Translations under genes and position numbers: made by a program
Notes under the pieces: generated by a model
The model's database searches: none
Told to the model about the DNA's origin: nothing
Seen by the model: only the letters and a program-made list of their open reading frames with translations
DNA from: the human T2T-CHM13v2.0 reference genome, Homo sapiens
DNA: 64,000 nucleotides
Strand: one strand, 5' to 3'
NCBI RefSeq assembly: GCF_009914755.1
Contig: NC_060946.1
Part shown: piece after piece, positions 1 through 12,204 of the stretch
Layout: every line of letters begins with the position of its first letter
How positions within the stretch are numbered: the stretch's first letter is position 1

Positions 1-504
1 ATCAGAGTCAGATTTGTGTTTTTGGAAAAATCAGCACCGGATTGGAGGCTGATGCGACGCCCGATTAGAGGAGGGAGGAGAGGGGGTGATGGCCAAGTCC
101 AGGGTAGGTGGGGATCCTGGAGGAAGCCGTGCCTTGGGGATGGGGAGGACACTCAGATTCAGAGCACCCAGGGGCCCAGTTTCCTATGAAATGGGAGCAT
201 GAAGTTGAAGTGAGGGCTGAGCAGAGGGGAGCAGACATGCTCGGGGACTGTCTATGGGCATTGAAAATGTATAACCATTTTAGCAACAGGCGGCGAGTCA
301 AAAAACAAAGTGTGTTTATCTAAACTGGGCAATTCCACTTCTAGGAATTTATCCTAAGGGTTGGTTGGGGGAATAATCAAAGCTGTAACCAAATCTTTAT
401 AACAAGGGTGGTTAGCTCAGCATTATTAGTGATGGGAGAAAACTGGAAAAAATCCAAATATCTACCAGAAAGGGTGTGAAAAAACACAACTGTATTTGGG
501 GGAC

Positions 505-810
505 TGTTGTTGTTTTTGTTTTGAAACAGTCTTGATCTGTTGCTCAGGCTGGAGTACAGTGGCGTGGCCACAGCTCACTGCAGCCTCAACCTCCAGGGCT
601 CAAAAGATCCTCCAGCCTCAGCCTCCTGAGTAGCTAGGACTACAGATGCAGGCCACTACACCTGGCTAATTTTGATTAGGATTATTATTAGTTTAGAGAC
701 AGAGCCTCGCTATATTGCTCAGGCCTGTCTCAAATTCCTAAGCTCAAGCAATCTTTCTGCCTCAGTTTCCCACGTGCTGGAATTACAGGCGTGAGCCACT
801 GCACCTGACC
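505..810 (-). mobile_element. Alu (old, AluJ-like)
   Basis: T-rich tail, CAGGCTGGAGTACAGTGG, GGAATTACAGGCGTGAGCCACTGC. Confidence 0.92.
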
Positions 811-1204
811 CAACTGTGTTTTTAAAGTATATATGCATTTTCAAAAACCTGTCAGAAAATATAGAAAAATGTCAATGGTGTGTCTGGCTGGCTGATGGGA
901 TTTCACCTAATTTTAATGTGGCTTTATAATTTTCTGGTTTTGTGAAGTTGTTCACAAAAAGAGACATTTCTTCTAATATAATTTTTAATACAACAGTAAT
1001 GTACTCATGTGCATTACTCTTTTTGTAATGAGTATATTACAAAATGTAATGACTTTTGTACATTACTCTTTTTTCTTGCCAAAAAAAAAAAAGATTAAGC
1101 AGAGAAGTATATAAAGTAAAAGCAAGTGCTTCTGCTTACCATCTCTCACCTCTTCCCAGAGATAGCCACTGTCAGGTTGGTCAATATACTTCCAGAACTT
1201 TTCC

Positions 1205-1220
1205 TGTGTGTGTGTGTGTC

Positions 1221-1265
<45 letters not shown>

Positions 1266-1468
1266 GGTGCTGGGATTTTATTTTGCAAAAGTAAGAGCCA
1301 TATTCTGCATATTACCAACTTTTAATCTATTATTGACACTTTCTGTATCAGTCCATATGGATTAACCACATTCATTGCTTATAAACTTTGTTTTATAAGC
1401 AAAGTTTAGATGAGCCAGAATTTATTTCCACTAAAAAATCTAAATGACAAATGATGCTGCAGTGGAAA

Positions 1469-1509
<41 letters not shown>
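1205..1509. repeat. (TG)n 1205-1219, (CA)n 1229-1262 and (TG)n 1471-1509 microsatellites
   Basis: Directly visible. Confidence 0.95.
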
Positions 1510-1516
<7 letters not shown>

Positions 1517-3200
1517 CAAAGTGCACTTATATATCTCCCCAGGATAGATGCCTAAAAGTGGAATTGCTGGATCAGAGAGAATGTACTTTTGAAATCTTAT
1601 AGGTAGTGTTTCCAAAAGTCTGTGTCCACTCACTCCGGTGAATGGTAGTGCCTTCGCTCCTACATTCTTACCAATAATGCAAAATTGTTGATCTTTTTAT
1701 ATTCTGCCCATCTGATGAGCAAAAAATTGAATGTGTTTATGGTTTTATTGTGTATTTTATTACTGGTGAAATTATTTTTTATATTTTTATTTATTGGTTT
1801 TATTTCGTCTGTGAATTAACTGGTCATCATGTTGCCTGCCTTTCCATTCAGTTGCTTTCATCTTTTTATATATCAATAACATATTGGGATATATTTGGGA
1901 TTTTAACCACTTGTTTAGTGTATGTATTGTAAATATTTTTCCCTGGTCTGTTTTACGGGTCTTTTGTTTATGGGGTCTCCCACCATAAAACTGTGGTAAA
2001 TTTTTATGTGTCGAACTGGTTTAATCTTTTCTTTATGGTTTCTGTGACCTCCACCATGTGTAGGAAGTTGTCTTTATTTCAATATTATAAACTCATTTTT
2101 CTGTTTTATTCTGGTACTTTTGGTGTATTGGTGTTTTATTTTTTTTTCTTTACTTCCCCTGGAGTTTATTTTTGTGGATGTAGGAATAAGACCTTATTTT
2201 CCAAATAGGAAAGCCAATCATCACACATTTGTTGAATATAAATGCAACTTTTCTCAATTACTACATTACTGATTTATTACATTCTTTCTGTGGTTCTCTT
2301 GGTTTATTGAGCTATTCCTGCGCCCACCCTGTTTTGATTATTTTAGCTTTATGGTATGTTCGGTAACTGGTAGGGAAAGAACCCGTCATTGTTACTTTTT
2401 CTCAAAATAGTCATGTCTATTATCTGTCATTCTTAGAGTTGGACTGCAGAATTGGTTCTCTAATTTTCAAAAATCATTCTTGTGTTATGTGGTAATATCA
2501 CAGAATATGGGATTAATTTGAGAACTGCTATCTTTATAATGCTCAGTGTTTTTGTTCAGAGACATGATGTACTCTCCATTCACTCAGATAAGTGGTTTAA
2601 TATTTTATTCATGCAAATCTTGCACACTTTGTTTTTTATTCATAAAGGGTTTGTAAATATAATTTTATTGAAGTTATAAATTTTTTCACAATTTTATATC
2701 GTAAATGATTACTGTTTCTATAGCAAGGAACCCTATTAACTTTTCTATGTTGCTCTTGTATCCAGACACTTTAACTCTTGTATTAATTCCAGCAGTTCTT
2801 CAGCTGATTCTCCGTGTGTGTGTGTGTGTTTGTGTGTTTAGTTAACTATCACACCATTTGCCAAGAACAATTTTCTCTCTTTTTCTGTAATATTTATACC
2901 TCCTTCTCTCCCCCTTTTATGTCATTTCATTGGCTGGAATCTATACAATATGCTGAATAATAAAAGTGAGACTAGACAACCTTGCCTTGTTTCTGATTCT
3001 TTAAATGTTTTGCCTTTAAATATGAAGGTTGCTGTAAATTTGGGGAGATATTCTTCACTGAGTTAAGAAAATTTTCTTCAGTAACTTAATAAAAGGCTAA
3101 ATGTTTGCTTTCTTTATATGAGAAACAAGTGTTGAATTTATATTACTATTATATTAAATTCTGTTTCAAAAATCTTCTGCACATGTCTTAAATACAAATG
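1510..3200 (-). mobile_element. Ancient degraded L1 (L1M-type) fragments
   Basis: Long T-rich stretch with L1 3'-end-like phrases (CCTAAAAGTGGAATTGCTGGATCA, CTTGCCTTGTTTCTGAT); boundaries approximate. Confidence 0.65.
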
Positions 3201-4015
3201 TATTAAATACAAGCTGCTGCTAAGATGAAAGTTGCTGGCCCCATCACAATGGGTATCTTCCAATGTGAATAAATTGCCTTGGGGAATAAAATCAGATTTG
3301 GAAAAACCTGAGGATGGTTGCCATCATAAACTCTTAGAGTGTGACCTGGGTGTTTTTCTTTTTCTCTGTAGGATGTTAATAGTATCTTGTGTCATGCTAG
3401 GATGTCTAGGACAGAGGGCAATACAATGAGGGGAAGGCATTCTGCGATGTCCCCAGGCCTCTGGCTTGAAGAGTAACTTGCTGAAGTGAGGACTCTGTGG
3501 AGGAGCAAGTTATACAGAAAGAAGTTTAGTTGTGATCTGTTGAGTTGGAGGTGTCTACAGGGCATCCAAGCAGACATAGGTTGAGGAGGCAGAATATATG
3601 TGAATCTGGAGCCAAGAAGAGAGGTAAGGGCTGGAAATAGGGATCTAAGACCCCTGGACAGTTGTGAGTGTGCACAATGAGGGTCAGATGCAGAGAAAAT
3701 TAGGAGACTACAGAGAGCAGAACCCAGGGTGGGGATCTGGGAGTCAGCAGTTGGGCATGGGCCTGGTAGAAAGGGAAGCCAAGGAGGAGGAGAGGGGGCA
3801 GTCTCAGACACCAAGGAGGGGAGAGTGACTAGAAAGAAAACCTTCTTGCAGAGACATAGGGGATGGGGAAGAACTGCAGACTGAACTGGGGCAAAGGACT
3901 GTTGGCCTTAACCAGAGAGATTTGAGGGAGAGATGAGGCTGAGAGCCAGGGGATCCTGCCATGTCCCAGCATAAAAACAGTACCTGACACAGATGGGTGC
4001 TTGGGAGCTGTTGTC

Positions 4016-4130
4016 GGATGAATGAGTGGACAGATGCATGGATGGACGGATGGATGGAAGGATGATAGATTGATGGACAAACAGATGAACAGATGAATAG
4101 CTGGATGGACAACTGGATGGATGGGTAGAC
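4016..4130. repeat. Degenerate (TGGA)n repeat
   Basis: Directly visible. Confidence 0.85.
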
Positions 4131-4608
4131 AGAATGATCTCAGAGATCAGAAAAAGCTTCATGCACTAAGTGGGACTGAACCGCGTCTCCATGGGTAGAA
4201 AGCAGAGGAATCTCCACTTGAGTCAGGAATGACCCAGTGCTCTCAATCCAGGGAGAAAGCCAGCCTGGCTTCACTGGGGACACTTGTGTGGGGGACTCAG
4301 AGGCCCTTTAAATGAGGCCAGACGAGGTTGGACAGGTCCAAGCCAACTCAGCACTCCTCTGCCACACTGCACAGGAGGGGATGTGTCACTCAGGGAGTTG
4401 CTGGGACCTATGGGTCCCAGTGTTGTCATCAGCACCGACAGCCTCAGAGAGGAAAGACACACACTGGGGTAACTCCAAGGCTGTGTGTGGCACTTGCCTT
4501 GGACAGCAGACAGGCACAGGGACACCTCTAGGGGGCTGGCCACCCCCCTGCCTCATGTCTAGGTCCCAGCCCCGCCCACTGCAACCCTGTGCCCGTCATG
4601 CCCAGCAG

Positions 4609-4727
4609 GCTCCTGCTCCAGCCCAGCCCCCAGAGAGCAGACCCCAGGTGCTGGCCCCGGGGGTTTTGGTCTGAGCCTCAGTCACTGTGTTATGTCTTCG
4701 GAACTGGGACCAAGGTCACCGTCCTAG
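4609..4727 (+). CDS. IGLL5: IGLL5 exon 2 (runs through the J1 RSS and J1; exon 1 lies upstream of the window, exon 3 is C1)
   Basis: Acceptor CCCAGCAG|G at 4608/4609; translates [40 protein letters not shown], which I recognise as IGLL5; donor GTAAGT at 4728. Confidence 0.88.
4662..4689 (-). other. 12-RSS of IGLJ1
   Basis: Nonamer GGTTTTGGT 4662-4670, 12-bp spacer, heptamer CACTGTG 4683-4689. Confidence 0.97.
4690..4727 (+). CDS. IGLJ1: Ig lambda joining segment 1
   Basis: 38-nt segment [12 protein letters not shown] with FGxG motif, preceded by RSS, followed by GT donor. Confidence 0.98.
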
Positions 4728-6132
4728 GTAAGTGGCTCTCAACCTTTCCCAGCCTGTCTCACCCTCTGCTGTCCCTGGAAAATCTGTTTTCTCTCTCTGG
4801 GGCTTCCTCCCCTCTGTCCTCCCAGCCTTAAGCACTGACCCTTACCTTTCTCCATGGGGCCTGGAGGAGGTGCATTAGTCTCCGGGTAACCGGCAGGAAG
4901 GGCCTCCACAGTGGGAGCAGCCGGATGCAGCCTGGTCCCGGGGCCTGAGCTGGGATTGGGCAGGGTCAGGGCTCCTCCTCTCTTCCAGGGCAGATGTCTG
5001 AGTGAGGGACAGAGGCTGGTTCTGATGAGGGGCCCTGCAGTGTCCTTAGGGACATTGCCCAGTGACTCCTGGGGTCAAGGACAGAGGCTGCTGGGGTGGG
5101 CCTGGGAGCTGCTGAGTCTCATAGTCTAGGGGAGCAGCCCCAAGAACAGCTGAGGGTCTAGGCTGAGGACTGGATGCCAATCCAGCCTGGGAGGGCCACA
5201 CGGCCTGGTGACACAGAGGTCACCCCAAGGGGAGACCAATGGAGGGCACAGAGAGGGCTCTGGGTCTAGGCTGCAGCTCTGTGGCCTGTGCTGGGTCATG
5301 AGGACATGGGGACACAGAGGGACGGGTGAGACTGGGTGAGGTGCCAGAATCCAACCCTCCCAGGACAGTCACCAGAAAGGAGACAGTCTCTTAGGGCAGA
5401 GATGTGTCTGTCCCTGGAGCCCCGTCACCTCTGGGGCCCAGTGTCTCTCTGTTCACGGATCGGCCTCCTGCCTTCCTCAAAGGGCATGTTAGACTCAGGA
5501 AATGACCAGAGGGGAGTGAATGAGGGGTGCAGAGAACTCCATGGCTACCAGGTGAAGTTTGGGGTCATCACAGGCTGCTGGGGTGGGCCTGGGGGCTGCT
5601 GAGTCTCATAGTCTGTGGGAGCAGCCCCAGGAACAGCTGAGGTGAAGGGTTCTGTGGTCGGGCTTGTGGAGACAGGAAACATCTCAGAGCCTCAGAGGAG
5701 CCCTGAGGCTTGTCTAGGTGGAGCCCACTCCTTGCCAGGAGAGCCAAGTGGGCTGGGCTGGGGCAGAGCCCGGTGCCTGTGAGGGATAGGAAGCTCCAGT
5801 TCAAAGCAGGCTTGGGTCTCCCCACACACTGCCTGCCAGGACAGTCCTACAGGATGAGCAGGGGACCCACAGTTCACGGAGGAGGCTCTAGGTCCTGGAA
5901 GAATAAAGTGGGTGATGGAGGGGGGTATAGGGATGGAAATGAGGGATCCAGGGGTCAAGGCCAGATTCTAAACTCAGACTCCAGAGATCAGAGAAGAAGG
6001 AACACAGCCTGCCCTGGGTATATGGAGAAATTGAGGCTGTAGAGGAGAGGGGCTGGGCCAGGACACCTGTGAAAGGTGACTTGGGAGGGCTCCTAGGAAG
6101 GCACAGAGCTGTCTGCTCTCCACAGGGCATGA

Positions 6133-6603
<471 letters not shown>

Positions 6604-9600
6604 GTTCCCAACTCTAACCCCACCCACGGGAGCCTGGAGCTGCAGGATCCCAGGGGAGGGGTCTCTCTCCCCATCCCAAGTCATCCAGCCCTTCTCCCTG
6701 CACTCATGAAACCCCAATAAATATCCTCATTGACAACCAGAAATCTTGTTTTATCTCATTTTTTTTCTCACATAAATTGCTAGCCTCCCCGGGGTTCTCA
6801 GTGTGGGGTACAGGGAATTCTGCACCCAGTGTGAAAATCACCCAAGGGAGGAGGCTCACAGCCTCCCTGAGTCATCTCCCCAGAGGGTCCTTCCTCTCCC
6901 AGTCACCCCTTCTCCAACTCTCCACTGTACCCCTGAGCCACCAGTCTGGCATCAGTTCAGACCAGTCCCACACCCTCCTAAATTTTACTTCTCAATAAAT
7001 ACCTGATCATGTAAAACGCAGCATTTCTAATGTGCAGTCTCTGTCTGGTCATGTGTCTGGGCTGAAGGGTCACTGCTCAGGGACAGGGGGCAGTTCCAGG
7101 TGAGATCCCATGTCTCCGTCATCCCACACCCCACCCAACCTGCCAGGGAACCGGGTGAGCTCCCTGTGCCAGTGGGAACTGCAATCCAAGGCACAAAATT
7201 GTCCTGCAGTCCTTGCCCACCTGGGAAGGGACAGGGGCCCAGTGAGAGGTTTGCTGGCGCCCTGTGGGGAGATTCAGGAGAAATGAAGGGGGTCCCCGGA
7301 GACCAGATGAGGGCTAGAGGCAGAAATAATGGAAAAAGGACACCCTTGACTCAAGGCCACGGTCTCAGCAGGAACAGAAGGTGAAATTCCCCATTGCATA
7401 CGAGGAACCAGTCAGGAGAGTGTTTACTGGGTGAGGGATAAATAACTGTGCTGCCACTGGGAACTTGTAAAAACATTGGGAAAGGAAACATGCAAGTGTC
7501 TTTCTAAGACTTGTACAATGGACATTGGCTAAGTAAACATACTGACAAGTCCTGCACTAGGGAACCAGTTTAATATGATGAGCCACAGCATATCCAAAAG
7601 CATGTTGATCTCCTTCTTCACCTTTAGAAGACCCAAAACACTCTGAAAGATACCAGCGTTTCCTGGAACTAGTTTGTGGAATATGGGGTGAGGTTGATGC
7701 ACATGATGTTACGGGTATATGATCACATGGCTGTGGGTTGGGGATCAGGCTCAAAGTTAACACTAGCGTGGGGCTGGATGTCAAGCATGAAGGGTGTGGA
7801 CCACTAAGTCAGGCCCAGGTAGAGTTAATTTCTGATTGGTTTGTGGCTGGAGCTTGATGATGGTCAGTCTGCAGGAGCAGGAGGATGTGGGGAAATTGGG
7901 AAAATGAGAAAAGTCACAAATCCAAGCTCAAACTCTGCATCTATTGATTGCCTGGGGGAGGCTAATCAGAGTTGAATTCAGGATGAGCTTCAGGGCTGGG
8001 TCAGACTGAATAAGAGCTGAGTGAATGTGGGCTGATGGCTCCAGGCAAGTCCTGGCCTCCACTAGGAGTCAGATCCCACAAACCCTCCTGCCCGCAGAGC
8101 ACCCTCTCCCTCCGTAGCTCATGGTGGCGCAGCCTCCCCACCCCATCCCATGTACACCTGCTGCCTCATCTCAGAGACACTCATTCCAGTGTCTCTGACA
8201 GCAGATGATGTCAGCCTCCTGGGTGTGGAGACCCCAGCTGTCTTGGAGAGTCCTCAGTGCCTGGGTACTCTCAGACCCCCTGTCTCTGCCTCCAGCACAT
8301 CAGAGACATAGCAGCTGCCTCCACCAGAGCTGCTGGGTGATCCCAACAGGCCAGGGACAGAGCCTGCAAAGACAGGAATCTCTGCAGTCACAATGAGGCA
8401 AAGAAAGAGCCCCTTAGAGCTTGATCACAGCCACCCCTGATCCAAATCCCAGCCTCTCATTAGAAGGAGGCTTGAGGGTTCTGTTGCCACAGCACCTGTC
8501 TGAGCCCATTTCATGGAGGGGAAAACTGAGATGACCAAGGGCCAGATCCATAGTCCTGCTGGGCACAAGGCCATCCCCAGCAGCTGCCTAATCTTTGACT
8601 GTGTTATAAGTTTCCATTATGGAAAACTTTGAACACATACATAAGGAGACAGAGAAATAATAATGCCCCCAAGTTCCCATCACCCAGCCCCCCCAATAAG
8701 CAATTCACAGACATTACTGACCCACCCATAGCAGAATAACCCCTCCATTACACAATACCAGACATCACATCTTTTCAGCTGTAAATATCCCATTTCTATG
8801 CTGGAAAGATATGGGCTTAAAAGTAACTGCAATATTATTACCAAACCTAAATAGAAATTATCACTAATTCCCTAATATCAAGAAATAATCACGGGCTCCT
8901 CAAATCCCTCACAAATGCCAGAAGCGTATTGACTTAGTTAAGTGTTGGTGCTGTGGTTATTTTGGGGTTTTGGGTGGTTTATTTCAGAATTCAATATGGC
9001 ATCAAATGGTGATGGGCGCATGTGCTGTCAGGCCAGTTGTCACTGGTGAATATTTCCTCAATTGCTCTAGTGCTGCCTGGCAAGGCAGGAGCTGCAGGAG
9101 TTGAGAGCTGTCCGGGGACCTTCCCACGGTTGGAATACAGCCACACCTCCCAAAACAAGAACCCAGGGCTATCATCTACTTCTTTTTTTTTTCCCCTGCA
9201 AAATGGTTCTAGCATGGAGGGACTTAACTGGATTCAGACTAGACATTGCAAAATAGCTTCCAAGGACAGGGAGCTGCTAACAGCGAGATCACCCATGTCA
9301 GATTCTCACTCTTGTAGTAATGTTAGCTGCATAGGATGGTCAATAGCTACATCCCTCAGAAGGGAAGGAAGGCAGAGGGATGAGGCTTCAGTTCACCTCC
9401 TTCTCATGAGTGCTGCAGAGCATCTGTGAATTCAGAGGTCTGCAGCTGGGCTCTGTTCACCCAGGAGTGTGCTTCATGCTCTAGGAAGGAGCCACTTTGC
9501 ACACAGATGATCCGGGGCCCAGCCATCCTTCCAGGGTGAATAATTAATGTCTTCTCTCATGGTGAACTCTAGGATTCAAGCCATCTAATGTTTTTGAAGC

Positions 9601-10498
9601 CACTGTCATTATATTTAATTGATGATGACAGGTGGCCACCAATGATGAATATTTTCCCAGGGGGAGTCTCCCTAAGTGGCTTTAGACTTCCTCACATGGC
9701 CCCAGGGGATTAAATGGCTCCTGATTACTCAGAGGATAAGAGGTTCTGTCTTATCATGTTCCTTTCTTATTTGTCTTATGTGTCTTTCCTGCCCCAGGCC
9801 TGGGATCCCCCACTGATCTCCCTTCCCTTAGTGAGAGGTGGTATTTGGAGACCACATTCTGGAGGCTCCCTTATGTCCCCCATTTGAAAAAGACAACGGC
9901 AGCCACCACCCCAGCTGTCCCACCCAACATGAGGCCAGATTCGGGGTGCAGGGATGCTCCCAAGGTTACCCTAACAGATGTGACTGGCACTTCATATTGG
10001 GACCAGCCAGGCCTCACTGACCAGGCCTATCCAACTAGAACTACTCCAGAAGGTGGGGCTGAAACCCACCAAGGTTCCCAGAACACTGCACTCTAGGGCA
10101 ATCAGCCTCTGCATGGGAGGAGAGGGGCACCCTCTGCACCACCCCATGGTGTTACCAAAAGTTGAACCATGGGTTGGTTCAACTTTGCAGAGAAGAGACC
10201 ACCTAACCCATCTGTGGAAATTCACTCCTTAGCGATACTGATGCTCCCTAAGAAATTCAATCCTGGGCCTGAGTGATGGTTGGTGCAAAAAACAAATTCA
10301 AGATCCCAGTGTCCTCCAGAAGCCTGGATTTCCAGGGATCCTGCTGTGAGTCACAGGACGTCACCGGTCCCCTTCTCTTTGTGGGTTGAGTGTGGGGGCC
10401 ATGTGGACTCCCTCATGAGCAGATGCCACCAGGGCCACTGGCCCCAGCTTCCTCCTTCACAGCTGCAGTGGGGGCTGGGGCTGGGGCATCCCAGGGAG

Positions 10499-10526
10499 GG
10501 TTTTTGTATGAGCCTGTGTCACAGTG
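10499..10526 (-). other. 12-RSS of IGLJ2
   Basis: Consensus nonamer GGTTTTTGT 10499-10507, 12-bp spacer, heptamer CACAGTG 10520-10526. Confidence 0.97.
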
Positions 10527-10564
10527 TGTGGTATTCGGCGGAGGGACCAAGCTGACCGTCCTAG
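10527..10564 (+). CDS. IGLJ2: Ig lambda joining segment 2
   Basis: VVFGGGTKLTVL, GTGAGT donor at 10565. Confidence 0.98.
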
Positions 10565-10795
10565 GTGAGTCTCTTCTCCCCTCTCCTTCCCCGCTCTTGG
10601 GACAATTTCTGCTGTTTTTGTTTGTTTCTGTATCTTGTCTCAACTTGTGGTCAGCCTTTCTCCCTGCATCCCAGGCCTGAGCAAGGACCTCTGCCCTCCC
10701 TGTTCAGACCCTTGCTTGCCTCAGCAGGTCACTACAACCACTTCACCTCTGACCACAGGGGCAGGGGACTAGATAGAATGACCTACTGAGCCTCG

Positions 10796-10863
10796 TCTGT
10801 CTGTCTGTCTGTCTGTCTCTCTGTTTGTCTCTCTGTCTCTCTGTTTGTCTCTCTGACTGTCTG
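10796..10863. repeat. (TCTG)n repeat in J2-C2 intron; paralog at about 16166-16229
   Basis: Directly visible; the length differs slightly between the two copies. Confidence 0.9.
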
Positions 10864-11766
10864 ACAGGCGCAGGCTGGGTCTCTAAGCCTTGTTCTGTTC
10901 TGGCCTCCTCAGTCTGGGTTCTTGTCGGAACAGCTTTGTCCTTGGGTTACCTGGGTTCCATCTCCTGGGGAATTGGGAACAAGGGGTCTGAGGGAGGCAC
11001 CTCCTGGGAGACTTTAGAAGGACCCAGTGCCCTCGGGGCTGATGCTCGGGAATCACAGAGCTGGGACCCAGAGCCAGGATCCAGACCCAGAATGAGGTAG
11101 GAGGTGGAGGGGCTGCCCTGGGCGTCTGGGGGCTGCCAGGGACTGAGCCCTGAGCCAGCCTGAGACTCAGGAAACCCCGTCAGGAGGGAGAAGGGAGAAG
11201 CAGACTCTGGACACCAGAAAGCCAGGGGAAGGGTCACAAAAGGAGTGGATGTGACGGAAGGGCGGGCTCCTGGGTCTCTTCAGAACATATCCCCTGTGCC
11301 CAGGGGGATCAGAGGGGCAGAGTCCACTGCGTGAAAGCCCCACTGCTATGACCAGGTAGCCGGGACGTGGGGTGGATGCCAGAAAAGACTCCACGGAATA
11401 AGAGAGAGCCCAGGACAGCAGGCAGGCTCTCCGATCCCCCCAGGCCCTTGCCCCATACACGGGCTCCAGAACACACATTTGGCTGGAACAGCCTGAGGGA
11501 CCAAAAGGCCCCAGTATCCCACAGAGCTGAGGAGCCAGGCCAGAAAAGTAACCCCAGAGTTCGCTGTGCAGGGGAGACACAGAGCTCTCTTTATCTGTCA
11601 GGATGGCAGGAGGGGACAGGGTCAGGGCGCTGAGGGTCAGATGTCGGTGTTGGGGGCCAAGGCCCCGAGAGATCTCAGGACAGGTGGTCAGGTGTCTAAG
11701 GTAAAACAGCTCCCCGTGCAGATCAGGGCATAGTGGAAAACACCCTGACCCCTCTGCCTGGCATAG

Positions 11767-12204
<438 letters not shown>

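Noticed and set aside
9022-9429. 135-aa ORF with an equal-length paralog at 14391-14798
   Set aside because: Non-ATG start, many amino-acid differences, no splice or domain evidence; explained by duplication
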